From Candidatus Aenigmatarchaeota archaeon (GTDB taxonomy: Archaea > EX4484-52), in contig JAGLPV010000016.1 in the NCBI GenBank assembly GCA_023137195.1, positions 1-47,605 of the forward strand: a stretch of DNA of 47,605 bases. Direction: 5' to 3'. The translations under genes were made by a program, and so were the position numbers. Of this stretch, positions 1-10,194 are shown piece by piece; position 1 is the first letter of the stretch; each line of letters starts with the position of its first letter. The notes below the pieces were generated by a model that saw only the letters and a program-made list of their open reading frames with translations, did no database searches and was not told where the DNA came from.

Positions 1-1
1 T

Positions 2-1663
2 CCAAATATACCAATTTTAGACCTCCTCGAAAACAATACAAACACAACCAACAACACCCCTTTCTTCAACTGGACAATCTCGGCAGACATAGACGACGAC
101 ACAATAACATACGCCATACAAATAGACAACAATTCCGATTTCACCTCACCAGAACAGGTAAACCATTCCTTAACTCTCAACAACTACACCGCCAATATAC
201 TGACAGACGACACCTACTTCTGGAGAGTAAAAGCAATAACCTCAGACGCAAACTCAACATACACAACATACAGAATTTTCACAGTAGACACAACCCCTCC
301 AAACATCACAATAATAAACCCGCCAAATAACACAAATATTCCGGCAGGACTGGACTGGACATGGATAAACATTTCAACAGACGAAAATGCAATCTGTAGA
401 TACAACATTACAGATTCAAATTTCAATTTCGCAACAGAAGGAGCAGACTTCACAAACACAGGCGAACTAAATCATTCATTCAACTACTCTGTGGAGGATG
501 ACTATACATACACTTTTTTCTACAAGTGCAATGACTCTTTTGGAAATACAAACACCGGGTCAACTACGCACACCTTTTGGGTTGATCCAACAACTCCGCC
601 ATACAAACCAGAATTAAATTCCCCTGAAAATGACACATATATAACAAAGAATTATGCATTGCTCAACTGGACATGCACTGACCCGGAAGGAGATATGATG
701 ACAGCATACATCTATGCAGACAACTCAACAGCAACCACATTGATTAACACAACAACAGGTTGCCAGAACGGAAGCTCTTACACATTCAACTGGACTAATC
801 TAAACGACACAACATATTATTGGAGAGTTAACTGTACAGACACAGGCGGTTTTTCTAATATATCAGATACCTGGCAATTCACCGTTGACACAGCACCACC
901 GGAAATTAACATAATATCTCCATTGGCAAAAAAATATTCAGACAATACAATATGGTTCAATGTTACATTAAATGAAGTAGGAAACTGGTGTGGATACTCT
1001 TTAGACGGCGCATCAAACATAACCATGACAAACGCCTCAGGAAACTGGAATGCAAAAAACACATCTATGACAATAAAACAGCACAATGTAATATTTTACT
1101 GCAATGACTCTGCAGGAAACATGGATTCAACTCCAACAAGATATTTTGAAATCATACAGCTGACCGGGAAATTATATGTTTCATTAGCCCTTCCAAACAG
1201 CAATTATGTCTGTTCCAGGCAATCAGGCATCGTGGATGCAGGCGCAGTAAGCTTTAATTATTCAAACCCGGAAGAGGCATATGTAAATTCTTTCGGAAGC
1301 AATATAGTTTATTCTCTCTCCTCAGACCGTGCAGCAATCATAAACGCGCAAAATTATCCGGTCAACCATAAGATAAGCATATATACAAACAGTGATGTAT
1401 ATCTCGGATTCACAAAAGGAGACTGCCAGACAATAACCAAAAAATACAGCATGATAAAAGACAGCACCCTGCTTTATGAGTTGTCGCCTGCATTTGCCTA
1501 CATCGACGTTGATGACAAGGTCAGCATAAGGGCAGGCGCAAGATACAGCAATACGAACCTAACCGGAGATATAGGTCTGACTGCCGGAGCATACGAACTA
1601 ATGATAAAAAACAAAGGCAGGGATTCTTCAAGAGAAGAGATAATAAATATAAGAAGAAATTGA
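2..1663 (+). CDS. Large secreted/surface protein, 5'-truncated by the window; Ig/FN3-like repeats plus conserved C-terminal module
   Basis: Frame 2 is open from base 2 (PNIPILDLLENNTNTT...), so the GTG at 491 is internal. Repeated 'YxWRV', 'FTVDTTPP' and 'YCNDSAGN' motifs and many N-x-S/T sequons. Confidence 0.8.
   Translation, partial: PNIPILDLLENNTNTTNNTPFFNWTISADIDDDTITYAIQIDNNSDFTSPEQVNHSLTLNNYTANILTDDTYFWRVKAITSDANSTYTTYRIFTVDTTPPNITIINPPNNTNIPAGLDWTWINISTDENAICRYNITDSNFNFATEGADFTNTGELNHSFNYSVEDDYTYTFFYKCNDSFGNTNTGSTTHTFWVDPTTPPYKPELNSPENDTYITKNYALLNWTCTDPEGDMMTAYIYADNSTATTLINTTTGCQNGSSYTFNWTNLNDTTYYWRVNCTDTGGFSNISDTWQFTVDTAPPEINIISPLAKKYSDNTIWFNVTLNEVGNWCGYSLDGASNITMTNASGNWNAKNTSMTIKQHNVIFYCNDSAGNMDSTPTRYFEIIQLTGKLYVSLALPNSNYVCSRQSGIVDAGAVSFNYSNPEEAYVNSFGSNIVYSLSSDRAAIINAQNYPVNHKISIYTNSDVYLGFTKGDCQTITKKYSMIKDSTLLYELSPAFAYIDVDDKVSIRAGARYSNTNLTGDIGLTAGAYELMIKNKGRDSSREEIINIRRN
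947..1552 (+). repeat. Copy 1 of a ~600-bp diverged direct repeat (coding)
   Basis: Aligns with 2493-3101 with one codon indel; shared blocks include gcatcaaacataaccatgacaaac and gagttgtcgcctgcatttgccta. Confidence 0.9.
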
Positions 1664-1697
1664 AGAAAATATATAAAAATAAAATACAGAAGAATCT

Positions 1698-3212
1698 ATG
1701 AAATTTCAAAAAAAATCAAAAATCGTTGTGCTTACACTTTTTCTTCTACTGTTTTTTTTGACATCTTTTTCTTATGCGTTTTCCCCAACATTTTATGATA
1801 ATTTTTGCGAAACAGAAAAAATTACAGATTTAACAATACTCAATACTCAATCATATCCAATAGTCGGAGGCAACTGGACTGTCAAGTTCAATACAACAGG
1901 AATTGCAGATTTGACAATTTTCCCGGCAGATGAAACTAATTGGAATAAAGCAGAAAAAAATAATGACCTGGAATTCCTGGAACTAAAATGCGGCAGTCAA
2001 ACATTAAATTACAGATGGACAAATAATGCAGTTTTTATTGAAAACTACTCCTGCGACCAGACCAGTTATGAAATATCAAATGTTTTGACTTCCGGCAAAC
2101 ATGCATTGAAATTTAGTTATGGAAATATCATAAGATATGCCAACAATTTTGCATCGGAAAATATAACTTTTGTCCTGCCTACAAAAGAAAACAATTCTTA
2201 TACTCCCAGCAACTGGGTCTATATAAACATCACCTCTGATGAAGACCTGAACCAGTCTTTGGTGGAATGGGGAAACTCTTCGGGATATACCAATATTTCG
2301 ATGAGCAATTCTTCCACAACAAATTGGCATATCAACATAACAGATTTGCAGGATTATGCTTATAATTACACTATTTTGGCTCAAAATACATCTGGCTATT
2401 GGGTGCAGACAGGGATAAGATATATCGATGTAGATACGACAACAACTTTAATTAATATACAATCCCCTTTATCTTACAACTATTCCACCCCCACAATATG
2501 GTTCAATACCACACTAAATAAGCCGGGAGACTGGTGCGGCTACTCTCTTGACGGAGCATCAAACATAACCATGACAAACTCTTCCGGCAACTGGAATGCA
2601 AAAAACACATCAATGACAATAGGACAGCACAATGTGAGATTTTACTGCAACGATACAGCAGGAAACATGAATTCAACTCCGGTAAGATATTTTAATGTTA
2701 AACAGCAGATGACCGGAAAGCTATATATCTCTTTATCTCTTCCAAACACAAACTATGTCTGCTCCAAACAATCAGGAATTATTGATTCAGGCACAGCAAG
2801 CTTTAATTATCCAAACCCGGAAGATGCATATGTAAATTCTTTTGGAAGCAATATAGTTTATTCTTTATCCTCAGACCGCGCAGCAAACATAATAGCGCAA
2901 AATTATCCATCCGACCACAAGATAAGCATATTTACAAACAGCGAAATATATCTTGGATTCACGAAAGGAGACTGCTCAACAATCACAAAAAAATACAGCA
3001 GGATAAAAGACAGTACCCTGCTTTACGAGTTGTCGCCTGCATTTGCCTATATTGACAGCACTGACGAGATTTGCGCAAAGGCAGGAGCAAGATACAGCAA
3101 TCTGAAACTCTCAGGCGAATCAGATATTCCATCAGGAAAGTACAATTTTCTGGTAAGCAAGCTTGACCCGGACAGCCAGGGCAGACCAACAGTAGATGTA
3201 AGACGAAGTTGA
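1698..3212 (+). CDS. Secreted surface glycoprotein, paralogous to the upstream gene in its C-terminal half
   Basis: Basic N-terminus plus hydrophobic signal peptide ending SYA; Ig-like repeats; C-terminal ~240 aa highly similar to the upstream ORF. Confidence 0.85.
   Translation: MKFQKKSKIVVLTLFLLLFFLTSFSYAFSPTFYDNFCETEKITDLTILNTQSYPIVGGNWTVKFNTTGIADLTIFPADETNWNKAEKNNDLEFLELKCGSQTLNYRWTNNAVFIENYSCDQTSYEISNVLTSGKHALKFSYGNIIRYANNFASENITFVLPTKENNSYTPSNWVYINITSDEDLNQSLVEWGNSSGYTNISMSNSSTTNWHINITDLQDYAYNYTILAQNTSGYWVQTGIRYIDVDTTTTLINIQSPLSYNYSTPTIWFNTTLNKPGDWCGYSLDGASNITMTNSSGNWNAKNTSMTIGQHNVRFYCNDTAGNMNSTPVRYFNVKQQMTGKLYISLSLPNTNYVCSKQSGIIDSGTASFNYPNPEDAYVNSFGSNIVYSLSSDRAANIIAQNYPSDHKISIFTNSEIYLGFTKGDCSTITKKYSRIKDSTLLYELSPAFAYIDSTDEICAKAGARYSNLKLSGESDIPSGKYNFLVSKLDPDSQGRPTVDVRRS
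2493..3101 (+). repeat. Copy 2 of the ~600-bp diverged direct repeat (coding)
   Basis: Aligns with 947-1552. Confidence 0.9.
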
Positions 3213-3240
3213 TTTAAAAAAGTTTATTCTTAATTTACTC

Positions 3241-4605
3241 ATGGACTTGGATACAAAGACAATGATAATTGAAAACAACAAATGCGCATGGGGAAAATGC
3301 ATATTTTGTTCATTCAGCAAAAAGCAGAATGTGCAGATTCTTAGCGAAGACAAATTAAAACAATTAATTGAAAACGAATTAGATGGAATAACAACCTTAA
3401 AACAATTAAAATTTTTTAATTCCGGCAGTTTCCTGGATGAGAATCAAATACCCATTCCGGTTCAGGATTTTTTATTAGAAAAATGCAAACAGCTAAAGAC
3501 AGAAGAATTAATTTTCGAGTGCCACCCGATGTTTATTACCGACAAGAACATCAGCAGAATCAGGAAAAAACTAAACGATATTAATTACAGCCCCAAAATC
3601 AATGTTGCAATAGGATTGGAGAGTGCAGATAACACAATCTTAAAAAAAATTAAAAAAGGCATCACAAGAGAAACATACACAAAAGCAGTAGAACTACTAA
3701 AAAAATACAATTTTTATGCAAGAACATATCTGATGGCGAATCTCCCGTATAAAAAAGATTATTCCAAATCATTAAATGATTCTGTTGATTTTGCGCTTCC
3801 AATGAGCGACACAATATGTATAATAAATGCATATCCTTACGGCTATGCAGAATTGTTCGACATCTGGCTTAGCCGAAAATGGCACCCTCTAAACAAAAAT
3901 GAATTTGAAAAAATCACCAAAAAATACAAAAACAACAAAAAAATTGAGATATTTTTTGATGATTTCATTTCCTATCCGAAATTTTCACTTCCTAAGCAAA
4001 AAAAAGTTGATTTGTACGGGGCAAACAAATTCAATCTGACTCATCCATATTACGAAGTATGGCAGGAATACCTTGCAGATTTTTATATCCCTCCAAAAGT
4101 CAAAGAACATGTTTTAATCCTTCCATGCAGTTATAGAAAGCCGTATTCAATGTCAAAGACACACAAGGCAATTATTACACGACTCAAAGGAGCATATAGT
4201 TACGGGAAAATCCACCAAATTATGGTATCCAATCCGGGACTTATCCCGAGAGAGTTTGAGTCCAAATATCCTTTTGCCAAGTATGACTGGCCCGAAGCAC
4301 AGGAAACGCCAAATATAAAAAAATTATATACTGTTGTGACACAGGCAAGAATAGAGAACTATTTAAAAAATCACAAAGATTACTATTCTTACAATTCAAA
4401 AAAGCCTGTTTTTTGCTATCTGAAATACGAAGCAGAATCTTACATTGCATTAAAAAATGCATGCAAAAACCTGGATATTTCTCTAATAAATCTTGTAGAC
4501 AAAGACACATATGACTTGTTTAAAAAACAGGGAATGAAGGACATATTAATCAACGAGATGCTTCTGGACAAGATGTTTTTGGGTCTGGCAAAAAGAAAAC
4601 TATAA
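3241..4605 (+). CDS. Fusion of RaSEA-like radical SAM domain and ArcS (DUF5591) domain; putative archaeosine synthase
   Basis: N-terminal CAWGKCIFC cluster motif, KFFNSGSFLD, ECHPMFI and VAIGLESA (TIGR01210/RaSEA-like). C-terminal PCSYRKPYSMSKTH matches the ArcS motif PCx3KPYx2Sx2H; also GLIPREFE..YP...YD. Confidence 0.8.
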   Translation: MDLDTKTMIIENNKCAWGKCIFCSFSKKQNVQILSEDKLKQLIENELDGITTLKQLKFFNSGSFLDENQIPIPVQDFLLEKCKQLKTEELIFECHPMFITDKNISRIRKKLNDINYSPKINVAIGLESADNTILKKIKKGITRETYTKAVELLKKYNFYARTYLMANLPYKKDYSKSLNDSVDFALPMSDTICIINAYPYGYAELFDIWLSRKWHPLNKNEFEKITKKYKNNKKIEIFFDDFISYPKFSLPKQKKVDLYGANKFNLTHPYYEVWQEYLADFYIPPKVKEHVLILPCSYRKPYSMSKTHKAIITRLKGAYSYGKIHQIMVSNPGLIPREFESKYPFAKYDWPEAQETPNIKKLYTVVTQARIENYLKNHKDYYSYNSKKPVFCYLKYEAESYIALKNACKNLDISLINLVDKDTYDLFKKQGMKDILINEMLLDKMFLGLAKRKL

Positions 4606-4746
4606 TTATTTGAAATACAATCCCCCCAAATGGCATAAACAATCGTCTTAGAGGCAATAAAGAGGCATGTTCGGAAAATAGAAAAGCACTAAATATTTTG
4701 ATGGATTCTGGTTTCCATTTATAAAATTTTTATCCAAATAATAAAC

Positions 4747-5196
4747 ATGAAAAAACAAGACAAAAAGTTAAACAACACTACAACAGAATTAAAATCATCA
4801 AAAAAAGAAGAAACCAAGACAACTGAAAAAATCAAGGAAGATAAAACCAAAAAAAAAGAAAAATCCAAAAAAAAGAGAAAATCAGATAATCTTGACAAAG
4901 TAATGACAATAGTCGCAGTTCTTCTTCTTCTTTGCGCAATAGGAGGCTACCTTATTTTGAAAGATAAAAATGAAACAGAAGCCTTGGTTGAAAAGTGCTT
5001 TGCAATCCAAAACAGCCCGGACCTCCAATATGAATGCAAATGCGTCCCGACATTTCTTTTAAATAGGACAGACACAGGCGAATATGTAAAGAAGAGAAGT
5101 AAAGAGATGTGCACCTGCTCCTGCGACATTGGAACAGGAACCCCTTATGTCGTGGAATTAAGGGTTGCAGAAAACCCGGATGAATTGAAGCAGTAA
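4747..5196 (+). CDS. Hypothetical single-pass membrane protein, Lys-rich N-terminus, Cys-rich C-terminal domain
   Basis: One hydrophobic helix (VMTIVAVLLLLCAIGGYLIL) followed by six Cys; TATA-like tttataaa upstream. Confidence 0.75.
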   Translation: MKKQDKKLNNTTTELKSSKKEETKTTEKIKEDKTKKKEKSKKKRKSDNLDKVMTIVAVLLLLCAIGGYLILKDKNETEALVEKCFAIQNSPDLQYECKCVPTFLLNRTDTGEYVKKRSKEMCTCSCDIGTGTPYVVELRVAENPDELKQ

Positions 5197-5252
5197 ACTT
5201 CTATTTAAACTTTTAAACTTATCATACAATTAAGGTTGACGAAGAATTCAAT

Positions 5253-5456
5253 ATGGCAAGTAGTAAAATGCATAAGATGATGTTATATATCAAGAATTAT
5301 GCAATCAAATGCAAAAGGGTGTTAAAACTACTGAAATATCCCGCAAAACAAGAATTGATGATGTCTATGAAAATAACAATAGCTGGTTTTTTAATAATTG
5401 GCTTTATTGGATTTTTGATAGCATTAATAATAAACAAATTGGATTTATTCGTTTAA
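5253..5456 (+). CDS. secE: Protein translocase subunit SecE/Sec61 gamma
   Basis: RVLKLLKYP...ITIAGFLIIGFIGFLI motif; conserved position before spt5-rpl11. Confidence 0.9.
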   Translation: MASSKMHKMMLYIKNYAIKCKRVLKLLKYPAKQELMMSMKITIAGFLIIGFIGFLIALIINKLDLFV

Positions 5457-5462
5457 TAGATT

Positions 5463-5912
5463 ATGGTAATATATGCAATAAGGACGACAAGAGGCAGGGA
5501 AAAGCTTATAATGGAAACCCTTTACAGTAAATTGGAGACCAATGAAGACAGCGACGTGTATGCTTTATTTCATCCCCCAAGTTTAAGAGGCTATATTTTT
5601 ATAGAGGCAAGAGACAAAGATGCCATAAGAACAGTAACTTCTCACGTACCAAATATTAGAGGAATGTTAAACGAGGAAGTGACAATAGAAAGTTTGGAAC
5701 ATTACTTTGCCAAGAAAGAAGAAAAAATAGTATTCAGGCAGGGTGATCTTGTAGAAATTATCCGCGGACCATTCAAAAAAGAAAAAGCAAAGATAAAGAC
5801 AGTAAATGAGGCAAAGGAAGAGGCAAAAATAGAATTGATAAACAGCGTTGTTCCAATACCAATTACAATTAAATTAAACCAGTTAAAACAATTAGAGACA
5901 CAAAGTGATTAA
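5463..5912 (+). CDS. spt5: Transcription elongation factor Spt5 (NusG family)
   Basis: IYAIRTTxGxE, LRGYIFIEA and KOW motif GDLVEIIRGPFK. Confidence 0.95.
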   Translation: MVIYAIRTTRGREKLIMETLYSKLETNEDSDVYALFHPPSLRGYIFIEARDKDAIRTVTSHVPNIRGMLNEEVTIESLEHYFAKKEEKIVFRQGDLVEIIRGPFKKEKAKIKTVNEAKEEAKIELINSVVPIPITIKLNQLKQLETQSD

Positions 5913-5913
5913 T

Positions 5914-7258
<1,345 letters not shown>

Positions 7259-7266
7259 AAAATAAT

Positions 7267-7701
7267 ATGGAAGAAAAAAAAGTAAGAAACATAATCAACG
7301 GCACAGTGATAGACCATATAAAACCAAATTGCGCAATGAAAGTGCTGTCTATTTTAAAGGACATAGACCAGGAATGCCTGATTGTCTGCATCAATACAGA
7401 TAGTAAAAAATACGGCAGAAAGGATGTGATAAAAATAGAAAACAAATTCCTACAGGAAAACGAGTACAATGAACTTGCCCTTATCAGCCCGGAGGCAACA
7501 ATAAGCATGATAAAAGACGGGAAAATAACAAGCAAGGAAAAAGTAAAAACACCAACACATATCAAAGGAATAGGAAAATGCAAAAATCCGCGCTGTATAA
7601 CAAACTGCCAGGACATAGAGACAGAATTTGATGTAGAGAACGGGGATAAAATTATTCTAAGATGTGTTTATTGCGAAAGCACCAACGAGTACAAAAACTA
7701 A
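7267..7701 (+). CDS. pyrI: Aspartate carbamoyltransferase regulatory subunit
   Basis: INGTVIDHI, CxNPRCIT and LRCxYCE zinc motifs; ATG at 7267 follows the pyrB stop. Confidence 0.95.
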   Translation: MEEKKVRNIINGTVIDHIKPNCAMKVLSILKDIDQECLIVCINTDSKKYGRKDVIKIENKFLQENEYNELALISPEATISMIKDGKITSKEKVKTPTHIKGIGKCKNPRCITNCQDIETEFDVENGDKIILRCVYCESTNEYKN

Positions 7702-7702
7702 T

Positions 7703-8617
7703 TTATTCTTCCTTTTTGAATTCTTTTTCTTCATCCAGCATCCGGTGAATCCTCTCAACAAGTCTCTTTGCAATATTGACTTCTGTTGCCTCTGTCAGTC
7801 CAACAATCCCTGGATTAATATTGAGTTCAATGCAGTAATAATTACCCTCCATGTCCTCGACAAAATCCACGCCGCAAATATCTGCATTGATGAGTTTTGT
7901 GCATTTAAATGCCATTCTTTTTAGGTTCATGTCGGGTTCAAATTTCTCACCTTTATTTCCGCATTTTATATTGGCACGGGTTGTGTCTTTATCCTTTATC
8001 ACTCTTTTCATTGAGCCAATTACTTCGTCACAGCATACCAGTATTCTTATATCCTCGCCTTTGTTTTTCACAAATTCCTGGATAAGCATGGTTTGCTTCA
8101 TAGATTCAAGAGAAGAGACAACAGAGTCAAGAGTAGTTAAATCCTCGATATACATAACTCCCTTGCCGCCGGAGCCCTCGAGCAGTTTCAGCATAATAGG
8201 AAAGCGTAATTTTTTCCCGACATCAGAAATGGTCTCTTTATTTGCCAGATATGTTTTTGGCGTAAGAATACCGTTTTTTGCCAGGAGCATGTTTGTCAGG
8301 AATTTGTCATGCACTGTGTTTATGGCCCCAGAAGGGTAATTTGTCTTTATTCCCAATAAACCAAATGCCTCGATGATTTTATATCCTCTACCCTTCCTAT
8401 GAGAATCTATTTTTGCAAAAACATAATCTGTTTGCGTCAAATCCACTTCCTTCCCGTCAACAAAAACTGTAATTTTAATACCACCATTAATCGTCAGGAT
8501 AACTTCCTCAATAAAGGCATGCGTGACATCAAAGACTTCTTCTGCTTCTTTAAGAATCATTTTTGTTGTTTTAGCGAAGTTCTTAGGGGTTAAGAGTAAA
8601 ATACGATGTTTATTCAT
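7703..8617 (-). CDS. RimK/LysX-family ATP-grasp ligase
   Basis: DKFLT, PKTYL, FPIMLKxxxGSGGKGV, IQEFV, DIRILV, GVD and IELNxNPG. Confidence 0.9.
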   Translation of the reverse strand: MNKHRILLLTPKNFAKTTKMILKEAEEVFDVTHAFIEEVILTINGGIKITVFVDGKEVDLTQTDYVFAKIDSHRKGRGYKIIEAFGLLGIKTNYPSGAINTVHDKFLTNMLLAKNGILTPKTYLANKETISDVGKKLRFPIMLKLLEGSGGKGVMYIEDLTTLDSVVSSLESMKQTMLIQEFVKNKGEDIRILVCCDEVIGSMKRVIKDKDTTRANIKCGNKGEKFEPDMNLKRMAFKCTKLINADICGVDFVEDMEGNYYCIELNINPGIVGLTEATEVNIAKRLVERIHRMLDEEKEFKKEE

Positions 8618-8651
8618 TGTAATTAAAGTTTGTTTTTTTTAAAAAACTTTG

Positions 8652-8670
8652 TTTACAACATAATTGTAAA
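8652..8670. promoter_or_regulatory. Palindrome TTTACAA-N5-TTGTAAA upstream of the RimK-like gene
   Basis: Perfect 7-bp inverted repeat ~35-55 nt upstream of the start codon. Confidence 0.4.
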
Positions 8671-8685
8671 ATGTTTCCTTAATCC

Positions 8686-8788
8686 AATCCACAGGAACGC
8701 ACGGAACGGGGAAAGGAACAGTTAGAACCAGTTTATTCTTCTCTATGTTCTTGTGCTTTCCCGTGTCTTCCTGTGCGTTCTGTGGATT
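8686..8788. repeat. MITE/REP-like inverted-repeat element, copy 1 (AATCCAC...GTGGATT)
   Basis: Left arm aatccacaggaacgcacggaac; right arm ttcctgtgcgttctgtggatt; related to 18587-18740. Confidence 0.75.
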
Positions 8789-9171
8789 TAATTGGTCCAC
8801 AGACCGTGAATGTTGCACAATGCCCTTGCCTTAATCCCTTCTGTGTCTTCTAGATGGAATTCTGCCTCTGGTTTGTCGCCGGGGCTTAATCTCTTGCCGA
8901 CCAATATATTTCCGTCACGGACAATCTGTATCAATAGTATATGATGGCTTTCTTCCATAGGATGCTCTATTGACCCTACCTTTACAGTCACTTTGTTTTC
9001 ATCTATATCCACAACAGGAACATGCTTTTCTTTTCCCTCCTGCTCAACAGTCTTTTCTTCCAGCAAAGTCATATCCTGTCCGCAGCAGACTAATGTCCCC
9101 TGACCGGCTTCAAGCACAGAAACTACATTGCCGCATATTTCGCATTTATATATCTGATTTATTTTTGTCAT
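8788..9171 (-). CDS. dfx: Desulfoferrodoxin (2Fe superoxide reductase)
   Basis: YKCEICGN...LVCCG desulforedoxin domain; EKHVP, HPMEESHHI and CNIHGLW. Confidence 0.95.
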   Translation of the reverse strand: MTKINQIYKCEICGNVVSVLEAGQGTLVCCGQDMTLLEEKTVEQEGKEKHVPVVDIDENKVTVKVGSIEHPMEESHHILLIQIVRDGNILVGKRLSPGDKPEAEFHLEDTEGIKARALCNIHGLWTN

Positions 9172-9181
9172 TTTAATCCCT

Positions 9182-10180
9182 CTAATTAACTACATTCGTA
9201 TAATTTTTATCGCAATAAGATTCAATGTTTTGGGCTGTCGTATCGAGTATCCTTATCAATGCCTCTTTACTATTGAATGCATTATGCAGTGTAAATACAA
9301 CATTATCCATCTTGAATATCCTGTGATCCCGCAAAATCGTTTTCCATTTATCAACATTGTCCTCGTACAACAGCTGTTTTTCTTCTGTTATAAGTTCCTC
9401 TCCTTCAATGACATCAATGCCTGCCCCGGAAAGTATCTTGTTTTCAAGAGCATACAGGAGAGCATCAGTATCAACTATTTGTCCTCTTGCGGTATTTATC
9501 AGTATTGCTCCTTTTTTTATCAGGTGAATTGTTTCTTTATTTATCATATGGTGCGTGTATTTGTTGTAAGGCACATGCAGGGAAATTATATCTGATTTTT
9601 TCAGCAGGTCTTCAAAAGAGCTGTACTCAAAACATAGCACTTCAGACAAAAAAGTCTGCCTGTGCAGGTCATATACCAAAACATTCATGCCAAACCCTTT
9701 TGCTATTTTTGCGACATTCAGCCCAATATGCCCCCCTCCGACAATCCCTATGGTTTTCCCCTTGAGGTCAAAGCCAGTAAGCCCCTCAATAGAAAAATTA
9801 TTCTTGAGCGTCCGGACATAAGATTTATGAACATTTCTTGAAAGAGACATAATAAGCGCAAATGTGTGCTCTGCAACAGTATTTTCTCCGTAATAGGGAA
9901 CATTGCACACAGGAATCTTTTTTTTCTTTGCCTCTTTTACATCTATGTGGTCAAAGCCGGTAGATCTTGTTGCAATCAGTTTAAGGCTTGTTAATTTTTC
10001 AAGAACCTCAACATCAACTTTTGAATAAATAAAGACAGAAATAATGTCAGCGTTTTTTGCCTTCAATATATTGTTTTCATTGAGTTTTTCTTCAAAAAAA
10101 AGAAGGTCGTGTTCCTTTAATTTTTTCTTCAGGTATGCTTTTTCCCACGGCTTTACTTCAAAAAATGCTATTTTTGACAT
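9182..10180 (-). CDS. D-2-hydroxyacid dehydrogenase (D-lactate dehydrogenase-like)
   Basis: RSTGFDHID, NVPxYG, VAEH, GxGxIG, INTARG and HNAF. Confidence 0.92.
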   Translation of the reverse strand: MSKIAFFEVKPWEKAYLKKKLKEHDLLFFEEKLNENNILKAKNADIISVFIYSKVDVEVLEKLTSLKLIATRSTGFDHIDVKEAKKKKIPVCNVPYYGENTVAEHTFALIMSLSRNVHKSYVRTLKNNFSIEGLTGFDLKGKTIGIVGGGHIGLNVAKIAKGFGMNVLVYDLHRQTFLSEVLCFEYSSFEDLLKKSDIISLHVPYNKYTHHMINKETIHLIKKGAILINTARGQIVDTDALLYALENKILSGAGIDVIEGEELITEEKQLLYEDNVDKWKTILRDHRIFKMDNVVFTLHNAFNSKEALIRILDTTAQNIESYCDKNYTNVVN

Positions 10181-10194
10181 TTCAGTTCACCTTT

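Noticed and set aside
947-3101. Diversity-generating retroelement TR/VR pair
   Set aside because: Differences between the copies are not adenine-specific (many C/T synonymous changes), both copies are coding, and no reverse transcriptase is in the window.
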